Shown here in pieces: positions 37,936-49,970 of a stretch of DNA of 64,000 nt. The notes under the pieces are model-generated. The model was not told the origin of the DNA. It was given only the letters and a program-made list of their open reading frames with translations, and did no database searches. The translations under genes and the position numbers were made by a program. Positions within the stretch are counted from its first letter, which is position 1. The number at the start of each line of letters is the position of its first letter. Origin of the DNA: Lama guanicoe (Eukaryota); NCBI GenBank assembly GCA_013239625.1, contig MU054220.1, positions 7,537,367-7,601,366 of the forward strand, given 5' to 3'.

Positions 37936-39929
37936 TTTAAACATTTTTAACGAGTTATAGTCATTTTCAAAAAGCATTTTTGAGTTAAGTTTTGAATTGA
38001 ATTCTAAATTAAGTATTGAATTTCTCAATTCTTATTCTCATAGAGATCTCTTTATACTCTGGAGCCTAACTAAGATCCTTGGCAAGCCTATTTCTCTTTT
38101 AAATCCACTGAAAAGGAACTCCGGGCCACAACGGTCATTGCGAGATTTACTGAAGGCTGTCACGGGCAGCCCACTCAGCTTTGTAAAATTCTAGGGCATC
38201 AGCTTAGGGGTGGAGCTGAGAAGTTTAAGCATGCCTGCTGTTATTGTCAGCCTGGAGGGTAGTTTGGGTCCAAATCAGAAATAGTTTGAAAGTGGAGGAA
38301 ATCATAGTAAACAAAAGCAGTTCTCATAAATGGGTCATGATCTCAGTGAGGAATACAGCCATTCTAGGTCCAGGACAGCAGCACAGAGTAAAACAATAAT
38401 ATTGTTAATTCTACCTCTCACATCTAGCACTGGATAATGGTTAATGCTGGGAGAAACTTTCAGATCTGTTCTTTCTGGACAAAGGAACCTCGGGTCCTGC
38501 TGACTTCCCAACTATACACAAAAACTTTATCTGGACAATTTGGAGGAAAAATGTGATTGTTCAATTGACACATCAATGATTTCAGCTATCATTCGGTTGC
38601 AATTTGCAGGCTATAAGTGGAAAGGCTAATCAAATAATGACTTTAATGAAATCATACCCATTAATGACCAGGGAGAAAGCTTGTAATGTCATACAGAGAG
38701 AGCTATTAGATATTCTAATCACTGTGTGATCGGATATCTTTATAGATCAGTAACCACCTCCCACAGTGCTAAAGAGTATGGCTCGAGGGTGCATGGAAGG
38801 GAGAGTGATGTGAAGCCTGTGTTGTGGCAGGATCACTGAGTAGCATGGCTTTGTCATTGTTCTCTCATGACCTGGTGCCACATACAAAAAGGGAAACTGC
38901 TTTCCCTGTGGTGCAACTGTTTGGAACTGTTCCACAGTTGAGGAAAAAGAAGCAATGCCATTGTGGGTATTTGCTCTGGGGGGCAAAGAGATTTTGCTAC
39001 ATAAGATCTGGAAGCTGGCGTCTATAAAACATATACTCCTGATTATAGAGTTTTATATGAAACCATTCTCTAATCATGACCCAGTCACTCAGAATGTGCA
39101 GTCCATAGGAAAGTCTTTCCTGTTGAGAAGAAACAGAGAGTTTTACTGTAATTTTAATTGATGTATGATGCAAAAAGCATTACTTTAATCTCTCCACTAC
39201 AGTTATGGAGTGCAACAAAGGACAAATACATTTCCACCTTCAGGTTAGAAAAGATTGTGAGAATCTGATCTCAGTGCCCCCAATTAATATAATATCTGTG
39301 GAAACCAAATGAGCAAAATAAGAAGTGAGTTTGGCCTTAGAAAAATTATATAGAAAAATGCATCCATAACACATATAAGTAGATTTAAGTATTAAATAAA
39401 ATCATGTATATGTGGATAATAGAGGGGAAAAAACCTAACTGATCTAGTAAGAGAATAACAAAATAAAAATAAAAATAAAAATAAATAATAATGAACAACT
39501 TGTGAAACGATATGGTTCTGACATATTTTATTAAAATGTATCTCTAATCCCAACTGAATGGTTCAAATTCTGGTCATCATTAGGGTGTTAGGGGACTTTT
39601 GTTTTGCATAATATATTGATGAACAATGAAAAGGCATCTGATAAATATGTAGCAAATAGAAATCTACTGAAGTCAGAGAATGGACTGGGAAGGAAATGGT
39701 TAAAAACAGTTTTGTGATCCATAATTCTTCTACACATGGAAAGAAAGACTGTGTCATTAGTACATGTAATAATAACAGATATCCTGGAAAAAAACACAAT
39801 AATATTTTCCAGAAGAGTCCTTATCTATGGAATTATTTTAACAGGATGTACCTTCTCTGAATAGATCAGTTTCTGGTAAACACACCTGGAATCTGTAAGT
39901 CTTTGGAGAATCTCTCCATGTGGAAGTGT

Positions 39930-40340
39930 TTTACTCTGAAATGCCTGTTTATGTCTTTTACTCATTTTTCCTATTGATTTATAGGGATTTTTCTGTTTAT
40001 TGTAGATATACTAATTCTTTATCAGTTATATGTGTTGTGAATATCTTTTCCTAACTTGTGGTTTATCTTCATTTTTGTCTACATGCTTTTAAAGAAACAC
40101 AACTCCTTAATTAAAATGATTGCATTTAGCCTTCTTCCACATTTCAGTTATTACTCATTGTGCCTTAAAAAAAAAAGATCTCCCCTCTCCTGAGGTTATA
40201 AGGACAACCTTTACAACATCTGAAATTGATGTTTTAGTAGTGACATGAGATAGCTGCTAATTTAATATTTTGTTTAGCACCATGTATTGAATAGTTTATC
40301 TTTTTTCATTTTACAAGGTCAACTCTGCCATGTTTTGAGT
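39930..40340 (-). mobile_element. Ancient L1ME fragment
   Basis: tactaattctttatcagttatatgtgttgtgaatatcttttcc...tagcaccatgtattgaatagt antisense ORF2 signature. Confidence 0.7.
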
Positions 40341-40428
40341 CATGTGTAGGCCAAGACCAGTGAAGGCTCAAACCCCTTCAAGTACAGTAAGGATTTCATT
40401 TTTTAAAAATCTGACTGAGAGAGGGAAA

Positions 40429-40907
40429 TATCATAAACAGAATAATGGCCCCCCAAGATTTCCATACCCAATTGCTGAACCTGGTGACTATGTTACCTGT
40501 GACAAAAGGAAATTTGCAGGTGTGACTAAAAGTAAAGATCTGGAGATGGGGAGAGTGTCCTGGGTGATACAGGTGAGCTTAGTATAATTACATGACTTAT
40601 TGTAAGTGGGTAAGGGAGTTAGTCAGGGAAGGGAGATTTGGCTAAGGAAACAGGTGTTGGATGATATATTTTGAGTATGAAAGAAGGAAACATAAACCAA
40701 GGAATGTAGATGGCCTCAACAAACTGGAAAAGACCTCAAAATTGATTCTCCAGTGGATGCTCCAGAAGGAATGCAGATGAAATTTTGATTTTAGCATACA
40801 GAGAATACAGACTTCTGACATCCAGAATTCTAAGATAATACATTTGTGTAGCTTTGAGCCATTATGTTTGTGGTAATTTGTTACAGCAGCAATAGGAAGT
40901 GAATACA
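40429..40907 (+). mobile_element. MaLR solo LTR (MLT1D-like) inserted in a reverse L2
   Basis: cagaataatggccccccaagat...ggtaatttgttacagcagcaataggaagtgaataca. Confidence 0.92.
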
Positions 40908-41215
40908 GGGGTCATTGGAGAGTTTTGAACAGAGGAATTTGTGACTTAACTTACATTTTAACAAGAGCCTGCTGGCTGCTAAATTGAAATAGAGTGTTAG
41001 GGGCTTGGACTGAAGTAAAGACACCAGTTAGGGATTATTGTGGTAATGGAGGGGATCTGCAGTGGTGGCTCATACTAGGACAAAATGGTAGAGTGGCTAT
41101 GTTCTGAAATATTCTAAAGGTAAACCTCTCAGGATTATGGATAGATTAGAATTGATCTGTGAGGAAAATAAGATCAAAGTCAATTCTAAGAGTTTAGATT
41201 AAACAGCTTCTAATG
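40908..41215 (-). mobile_element. L2 fragment
   Basis: cattggagagttttgaacagagg...acttacattttaacaagagcctgctggctgct. Confidence 0.75.
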
Positions 41216-41271
41216 GTCTAATTTGATGTACTTCATTCAAACACAGAGATTCTCTCCACTGTCATCTTCAT

Positions 41272-41378
41272 TTCCTTCCTTCCTTCCTTCCTTCCTTCCT
41301 TCCTTCCTTCCTTCCATCCTTCCTTCCATCCTTCCTTCCATCCTTCCTTCCTCTCTCATATCTGTCTGTCTGTCTGTC
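41272..41378. repeat. (CCTT)n/(CCAT) microsatellite followed by (TCTG)n
   Basis: Visible tandem tetranucleotides; source of the PSFL/PSIL ORF. Confidence 0.95.
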
Positions 41379-42489
41379 ATCTATCTAAATACATTTTCGC
41401 TGTTTCCCGTAGCAACTAGTTCCACTTTCAGCAATCTGGACTTTTAAAACAGATTTTACTGACAACTTTGGATACAGACTTCTTTAGCCAAGTAGCTTCT
41501 TAAAATCTATTTCTAGAAGAGCTTGTTTTCTAGTCTGAAATAGATCAATGCTGTGTGTAGATTAAGGGAGCCTCAGCGATAGGATTTGTAGGGCACTAGG
41601 ATAATTGGGGACCCACCCAAATCCTTTCCCACTCACATATGGTGTTGAAATGTTACTGGCCAACACGATAATTCTCAGTGTTTATTACTGTTATGCTGTT
41701 TGTTTCAGCAAGCAGGACCTAACAGTAGCATCTCTCCAAGTGATTCTCACCCATTGTGAGAAAGATGAGGTGAGTGGATAATGAGAGGTTGGAGGGGGAG
41801 CACTCCTTTTATAGAAAGATATAAGCTATTAATAATCAAGCAGATCTTTCTTGTAAATAAAAGAACTGAACTCAGATTTTTTTTTTAACTAAGTGAACAT
41901 GAGTGCCTTTGAGGAAGGAAAAAGGTATCTGAAGGGAACAGACACAATTAGGCTGCTGAGAGTTTAGAAAGTCATCTTGTCCAAAGCTCTGCCCACTGCA
42001 TGCTAGAAAAAAGCCACACAAAGAGAAAACATGCAAATAGAAAACTAAGTGAATAATAACATATTGAAAAACAATGTGGCTCGTGTGTTTTTTACATTTT
42101 ACAGGCATGAAGCAAGAATATTATCTTTGGTCTTCTTCCTTCCATCTAACGTGTCCTCCATCCCAGGATAGAAAAAAAATCTGACACTGTCATTAACTAA
42201 CGATCTGTAAGCCATCTTTTTGGCCTCCCTGGCCCACTTGAAAGTATATGTTAGGTTAAAGACTCTTAAAACAGAATATTGGATCTGTGCTGCAGAACAG
42301 ATTTTCTGGTTCTGTTCAATATGCCAAATTCTTCACGGATAGGTCATTGGTGGAACAAATGAGCCTGAGATAAAAATCTAGAGTGAGAATAATTGATCAA
42401 AGAAAGTAATGTAGATACAGTTCAAGTGCAAAAAATATTATTTTCTGTCTAATATAAAATTTACTTGCCTACCTTGTTGCAGTGCCCCC

Positions 42490-42920
42490 CAAATCTTTTA
42501 ATTACTTATTAGCCTCATTTCTGAAACAACCCTCAAGTTTTAACATCTTAACACAATGAATGTTTGTTTTTAATCACATCATGGCCCAAATCAGTGGGGC
42601 TATGTTCTACTGGGTCATTAAGAAACTCAGGTTCCTTCTATTAAATCACGTAGGGACCCAGACTCCATCCACTGACTCATTCAGGGAACCAGGGTCCTTC
42701 CATCATGTAGGTCTGCCATTTTCTGGCTCTGGGTCCTTTGCCTTCAGCTGACTGATGAGCATAGATAGAAAGCAGGAGAATCATGCTGGATGTTTTATAG
42801 GTCAGCCTGGAAGTTCTGTTGCTAGCACTTAGTCTAATGTCTTCACTGAATTATAGAGGGGTTTTATTACAGGAAGAACAGAAAAAACTGATATTGGTGG
42901 GTATAAGCATTTCCTATCCA
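42490..42920 (-). mobile_element. Old MaLR LTR (MLT1K/L-like)
   Basis: gaaacaaccctcaag...cttaacacaatgaatgtttgtttt...cattcagggaaccagggtccttccatcatgtagg. Confidence 0.65.
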
Positions 42921-44189
42921 ACTTCCTTCTCTCACATAAGGGAATGCAAGAGTCTTTTTTACCTTTTATTCACTCAGACAAAATATGGGGTATGCAAAGA
43001 CCCTGTCTTAAACTGTGAGTGCACACAAAAAGCAGTAAGTAGTTTTTATTGTCAAGATAATTAGAAATCTGGTGAGGAAGGTAAACATACAAATAATAAA
43101 AACACAGTCACAGAAGATAGGGTCATGTTTGGGTGCTACAGAAATGCAAACACAGTGTAATCACTCTTCACTGAAGGGCACTGGGGAAGACTTTCTAGCT
43201 GAGATTATCTTCGAGCAGAGTCTTCATGTGAATAGAGTTAGCTAGCAAAAGGGCTGATGGGGAAGGATACATACAGGACCTTAGTGCTGTACAAATCTTG
43301 CTCCTTTCCCAGGGGATGAGTCTGGACCAGTTAAAACACACGGCCACTACCTTGAGAGTATATGAAGCAGAATCCATCACCAAGAGATTTTTGTGTCTTA
43401 GCATGTGTGTCTTTTTCAAGAACTTGTAGTTTATTTTGCAGCTGCACATCTTCATTACTACAACAGCCTTTATGGCAGGGGGAACATGATAACACTTTAA
43501 ACTCACATTTAACCATTGGGAAGTATACATTTCCAAAGTGACCTCTGGGAGGGAAAAAAAAAAAGGAGTGGCACTTTGGGTCGGTTTCAAAGATGCTTTT
43601 GTATATTGTCCCATTTTTTCTTCCTCTGAGCCAAGGGGAATTCAGAATAGGGCAAATCAGATAAGAATTCTAAAAATCTTTCTTATATGGGGATGATTAA
43701 TCTCACCTTGTTTATATGTGCATTTATTCTCCCTCATTGCCTTCTGTATATTTTCAGTTGAAGAGATTTGTGACTAGTGAATCAGCAAATGTGCTGCCTA
43801 AGTCAGAGAAAACCCCAAATGCTTTTTAATAAGGATTACAAAATTAGGATGTAGGTGTGATATGATCTTTTTGATTAAAAGAAATGGCCTGATAAATTAT
43901 TTCTCCACCATGTCCCCAAATGGAACTATTCTGCCCAGCTTAGCTTGAGTCCAGGCTCCTGAATAATCCTTCCTCACCTCCCCTGGAGAAAACAAAGGTG
44001 AGGGAAGAACAAACTAGCAGGAAGAGTTCAAGCAGATGCATTTTAGCACTCTGAGAAACTGCTGTGACAAGAACCTGTGTTTGGAAGATCCTGCCAAGGA
44101 GTCTGGCTGTGGAAATGAAATTGCTTTGTGTAGCCAACACTTAAGTCACCTCAGTGCTGTGTTGATGGAAATGATTGATGTTCCACGGC

Positions 44190-44364
44190 CATCCACCCGA
44201 CCCCACTTCCGCTCTTGGCACAAGTTGGGAGTACTTGGGAGTCTTCAGCTGCACCATGGGTAAGCCCATTCTTGTCATAACTATTTCAGAAGCAGGTGCA
44301 ATTAGAAAGTTTGCAGACAAAGGTGACTGCAGTGTAGCTGTCCATGGTGGCTAGCAAGGTGAGT
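44190..44364 (+). promoter_or_regulatory. Candidate promoter/first exon with two ATG-plus-splice-donor units (unverified)
   Basis: CACCC box, ETS site ACTTCCG (44205-44211), tgcaccATGG|gtaagc (donor 44260), tccATGGTGGCTAGCAAG|gtgagt (donor 44359). Confidence 0.25.
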
Positions 44365-45739
44365 GGTTTTTGCTCTGTGTGCGGGTTGAGTGGTAGAGTA
44401 GAGGAAGGATGGGTTTTGGATTCAGTTGGAACAGAAGTGGAATAACTGATGAACACTAAGCAGCTGAGTGATATTTACTTAGCTAACCTTTCTAAAGCTT
44501 CTCAGGTAGAAATTTTACGGAATACTTTTCTTGTCGAATATTCTGTGGAGGGTAGTGCTATATAAACAGCATTTATTGAATGCAAATTAGTGAGTGGTCT
44601 ATTTGCTTAACTGGTTGTATTTTGCTATTTTAGTCCATCTAAACTCCTTATCTACAACTTCAAGTTAACTTTTTTTAAAATAGTTTCTACAAACTATGTT
44701 AAGGGCAGATGATGGGTACAATGTACAACAAACATAGTTTTATCCTTTAGCTCTCCTATAAGATGTAATTTCTTGAAAAGAATTGCAAGTGGGAACTACC
44801 AGAATGCGCTTAACACAACAATGGCGTATCCTTTGTTTAAAAAATTATGGGAATGTAACTGGCAAATTGACTTTAAGTGAAACGGACAATGATGACCGAC
44901 TGCCAAAAACCATTCATCCTTTCTACCTCACTTTTTGTTCTGGCAGGAAAAATAATCTCTTCCAACAGCCACAGAAGATAAACAATCATTGATCTTAGTC
45001 TGAATAGTGATTTTAAATCCCCTTAGCTACTCTATGGTTGACAGTACATACACAGTCCACTTTTCGTCAACTGATGTAAAGGTGAATCTTTGGCATCTGT
45101 GGGAAATGCAAACTTCTGGGAAGAATTTTAAACCTAGATATATTTAAAAAAAATCAGAACGAAAATTCTGCCTTCCTCTTCCTGTGTTCAACATGGTTCA
45201 GGAAGTTTAATGATAGATAGCACTTCCTCTGGCATATTCTAACTATGACAAGCTATTCTAAGCAATGACAGCTTATAAACAATAATATCTGCTAATACAC
45301 TGATAATAGCAGAGAGTAGAGAAAGACTGAGGATATTTGAATAGATTTTTGAGTGCTTACACGAAGCCTATGTTTTCATTAATTAAATCATTATTTGGGC
45401 ACTATGTTCCTTATGCTAAATGTGCCTAACTGGTAAGACTAACCGCTGAAAGAAGGGAACTGACAGCCAATGCTAGAGAACAAGACCGCCATGAAAACAA
45501 CTCAAACCTTTTAAGCATTTAATTTTTTTCTTTATATTCATTCATTGAACAAATATATATTTTAAACCACTTACTCTATTGGAAAGCACTGTTCTGGGAT
45601 AATCTACAAAGTCTCATATATTTTAACAAAAATAAAGCAGTATGCAAAATAAATGCAATTTTATAAACAATCATTATGCTGAGTGTGGGTATGCGTTAAG
45701 GGAATAAATATGATGAAGCACATAGAGTATTCGAGTCAA

Positions 45740-45960
45740 TAGCATATTGTTTAAGATCACAGGGTTCATAATGAAACAGACCTAGGTTTAGACTCTGGCT
45801 TTGGAATTTCCAAACCATGTAACTTTGGACAAGTTATTTATCTTCTTCAAGCATTATGCCTACCTCAGTGGGTAGCTAAAAGAATCAAATAAGCACTACT
45901 ATGTAAAATATTTAGACTACTTTGGACACTTAGTGTTTATATAGTAGCAATTTTTATTAC
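45740..45960 (+). mobile_element. MIR SINE between reverse L2 3' pieces (~45530-46240)
   Basis: aacagacctaggtttagactctggct...catgtaactttggacaagttattta. Confidence 0.75.
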
Positions 45961-46270
45961 TCATTGAGTCACAAAGTATTTATTAAACACCTAATATATC
46001 TCTCTGTTCTAGGTATTGGGAATAAGAACTGAACAAAACAGAAAAAAATCCTTCCTTCATAGAGCTTATATTTTAGTAATAGTAGGTTTTGAAATAATGC
46101 ACTAAATACTGGTCACACAAAAATTAAGAAATGTTCTGTATTTAAGGGTTTAATGTGTGATTGAAAGACAGGAAAGCAAACTAGAATGCAGTAAGTACTA
46201 GGATTTGAGATAACAGCTTGACATATATTCTCTCTGAAGCTAAAAATATTCAATGATTCTACAATGTTTT

Positions 46271-46528
46271 TTTTTTTTTACCTGAAGGATAATTGATTTA
46301 TAATATTGTGCGACTTTCAGGTGTACATCATAGTCATTCAGTATTTTTGCCAACTACATTCCATCATGGGTTATTACAAGATATTGGGTATAATTCCCTG
46401 TGCTGTACAGTAAATCCTTGTTGTTTATCTATTTTATGTTATAGTAATTTGTATCTGTTAACTCCATGCCCCTAGTTTGTCCCTTCTCCACCCCCTCTCC
46501 CCTATGGTAAGCACAAGTTTGTTTTCTG
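46271..46528 (-). mobile_element. 5'-truncated L1 3' UTR (artiodactyl-type)
   Basis: Poly(T) then ttcaggtgtacatcatag...ttccctgtgctgtacagtaaatccttgttg; TSD tgattctacaatgtttt (46254-46270) / tgactctacgaggtttt (46529-46545). Confidence 0.92.
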
Positions 46529-47426
46529 TGACTCTACGAGGTTTTATGTCTAAGAGCATTTCTGAGCAAATATTGATAAATTGTCTTTTATACCCAAGGT
46601 CTGTAGGACATTGTTATTATCGTCCTCAAGATCTGAGACAGAGTGAAAAGAACACTGGGAGAAGTATATCGGCTTCCTTCCTGAGTTTGAAGATCATGTA
46701 TTTCCCAGGTAAAACAGAAAAAAAATGCAGAAGTTTCATATATGGGCAAGAAACTCAATTTGTTTGAGTAGGATTTCACTATAGAGACTATTTCAAAACT
46801 CTAATACCTACAACATAATGTGTTTATGCCAAGACCTCTATTAAAAAAACAATTTCTTTTTTAGAAAGCTAAATAAATACATAAATTGAGATTCCCTGGG
46901 AAATTGAATGAGAAATCAATTCGCTGCTTCATTCGATTACATAATAAGCCTATACACTACTATATGGCAGGATTATGTAACCCAAAATGAATGATCAATC
47001 TATTTTATTGCTCCTGCCAAGCATTTGGCCTAATTATTTACAGAATAATTACCAGAAAATACTATTATGTTGTGAAAAGTTTATTTTCACTCCTATCATG
47101 TCTTAAAGTGTTGTTTTAATATTTTTTTCCAGCTATGGCAGTTTTTATATACTACTATTTATCATGTATCATTTGTAATGACCCATTCTGATCTGCAAAA
47201 GACCTTTAGATACTGCTACATTTTCTTTCTCAAATTACTTCTTCCATGTGAAAATATTTAAATGGAATAAATAAAAGAGTAAATGAAAGAAGATTTTTCC
47301 TGAGTTAACAAAATGAGAGTTGAATTTAAAGACATTAAAAAAAGGTAATTTTTTTAAGTAAGCAATAATTCAGTGAGGATTCTATGCTTATTCATAGGCC
47401 TAATTACAAGTATTACTGACAACTGC

Positions 47427-47456
47427 CACACACACACACATATACACACATACACA
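47427..47456. repeat. (CA)n microsatellite
   Basis: cacacacacacacatatacacacatacaca. Confidence 0.85.
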
Positions 47457-47482
47457 GTCTTGATCTAAATGACCATTTAAAA

Positions 47483-49228
47483 AGTTTACATTGAGATATA
47501 GTTGACTTACAACATTATTTGAGTTTCAGGTGTACAACATAGCAATTTGGTATTTTTATAGGTTATACTTCATACAAAGTTATAATGAAATATTGACTAT
47601 ATTTTCTATGCTGTACATGACATCCTTGTAACTTATATATTTTATACCTAGTAGTTTGTACCTCTTAATCCCCTTCACCTATTTGGTCCCCTCCCACGGT
47701 CCTCTCCCCTCTGGAAATCACTAGTTTGTTCTCTGCATCTGTGAGTCTGTTTCTGTTTTGTTATATTCATTCATCTGTTTTAATTTTTGGATGCCATATA
47801 TAAATGAAAACATATGGTATTTGTCTTTTTCTGTCCTAACTTATTTCTCTAAGCATTATACACTCCAAGTCCACCCATATTGTCTCAAATGGCAAAATTT
47901 TATTCTTTTTGTGGCTGAGTAGTATTTCAATATATATATTCTTTATTCATTCATCTGTTGGTGGACACTTACATGGCTTCCATATCTTAGCTACTATAAA
48001 TAATGCTGCTATGATCATGGACGTACATGTATCCTTTTAAATAAGTGTTTCAGTTTTCTTTGGATAAATATTCAGGAATGGAATTGCTGGATCATATGGC
48101 AGCTCTATTTTTAATTTTTGAGGAAACTCCATTCTGTTTTCTGTAGTGGCTGAGCCAATTTACATTCCCATCAGTGCCCAAGCATTCCCTTTTCTCCACA
48201 TCCTGGCCAACACCTGTTATTTCTTGACTTTTTGGCAACAGCCATTCTGACAGGTATAAGGTGGTATTTTATTATGGTTTTGATTTGCATTTCTCTTCCC
48301 TGTTGACTATCAGTACGTCTTCTTTGGAAAAATGCCTGCTCTGGTTCTCTGACCATTTTTCAGTTGGGTTGCTTCTTTTTCTGATATTAAGTTGAATGGG
48401 TTCCTTATAAATTTTACAAATGAATCCTTGATCAGACATATTATCTGAAAATGTCTTCTCCCATTTGGTAGGTTGCCTCTTTGTTTGTTGGTAATTTCCT
48501 ACACTGTGCAAAAGTTTTTAAGTTTGATTAGGTTCCATTTATCTATTGTTATTTTGTTTCCCTTACCTGAGGAGACATAACCAAAAAAATTAAGACTAAT
48601 GTCAAAGAGTGTACTGCCTATGTTTTCTTGCAGGAGTGTTATGGCTTCAGGTCTTACATTTAGATCTTTAATCTATTTTGAGTTTATTTTTTCTTATGGT
48701 GTGAGAAAATATTCTAGTTTTCATTCTCTCACATGTAATTGTCCACTTTTCCCAAAATCACTTACTGTTTTCTTGATTTCTCATTTTGATAGTTCATTAT
48801 TAGTGCGTAGAAATGCAACAGACTTCTGTAAATTAATCTTATATCTTGCAACCTCACTGAAATTGTTTATTGGTCCTAATAGTCATATATATATATATAT
48901 ATTTGAAGCATAGTCAGTTTACAAAGTTGTGTCAATTTCTGGTGTACAGCACAATACTTCAGTCATATAGGAACATACATACATTTGTTTTCATATTCTT
49001 TTTAACCATAAGTTATCGTAAGATATTGAATGTTTTCCCTACTCTATACAGTATGAACTTGTTGTTTATCTATTTTATATATAGTAGCTAGTATCTGTAA
49101 ATCTCAAACTCCCAATTTATCCTTTCCCACCCTCTTTCCCCTCTGGTAACCATAAGTTTGTTTTCTATGTGGTTCTAATAGTCTTTCGGTGAAGGCTTTA
49201 GGTTTTTCTACATATAGTATTATGTGAA
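47483..49228 (-). mobile_element. L1 3' UTR plus ORF2 C-terminal remnant, with internal deletions
   Basis: Minus-strand ORFs KRQPTKWEKTFSDNMSDQGFICKIYKEPIQLN and [36 protein letters not shown] are L1 ORF2 motifs, frameshifted. Confidence 0.95.
48885..49169 (-). mobile_element. Young camelid-type L1 3' end nested in the older L1
   Basis: (AT)n tail then tagtcagtttacaaagttgtgtcaatttctggtgtacagc; TSD tggtcctaatagtc (48871-48884) / tggttctaatagtc (49170-49183). Confidence 0.95.
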
Positions 49229-49749
49229 TACTGCTTTCCCATTGTAAAGTTTTTTTTTTTAATTCAAGTATATTTCTCTCAGAATAACTTACTCTTATTC
49301 TAGAAAGGATTTAAGGGTTTAAGAGAACTGAAACTCATGTCGTCCTTTAAACAAATATTTTTTTCTACCACTTATATGTTTAGCATAAGTCTTTAAAATA
49401 ATTTTCTCAATCAGATTATATATACCTCCAAACCCCGACTGGTTTTTCAGTGAATAATTTACTCAGATAATATATTACATTAGCTTAAGTTATTCCCCGA
49501 CCATCACCCTGCTTCCAGCCCTCTGAAGTTACCCAAAGGGTCCTGGAGTGCAACAGGACCTCTAGGTGAATCTGCTAGTCATGGGCTCTAGGAGGGTGAC
49601 TAATTACAGTCAAATTCACACTGCTTTCCTGAAGCCCACTAGATCTGGCACAAGTTGAAACTTAGTAATTGACTGATTCTAAAATGGTGACAGTTTCAAA
49701 TGGGGTTGGGTTGTCCCAGACATGTGCTACCCATGAGGGATTTTACACT

Positions 49750-49970
49750 GAAAGGCAGCCATGTATAACAGGAAAAGCATGAACTCTAGAGATAAAGAGC
49801 ATGTTCTCAGACTTTTCTTTACCCCTTATCACCTATGAGCACTTGAGAAAGTCACCTAAACCCTCTGAGGCACAGTGGTAATTGATATTCAAAACGTTCA
49901 TAAGGATTAAGGAAGTACGCATTTGGAGGTTCTTAGCTTATTACATGGCAAATACTAAGTATTTATCATA
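49750..49970 (+). mobile_element. MIR SINE
   Basis: ggaaaagcatgaactctagag...cttgagaaagtcacctaaaccctctgagg. Confidence 0.65.

Noticed and set aside
43195..43614. 139-aa minus-strand ORF
   Set aside because: Partly overlaps L2-like sequence; no recognisable homology
48171..48511. ORFs with real protein similarity as a host gene or active element
   Set aside because: Frameshifted L1 ORF2 remnants of a truncated copy
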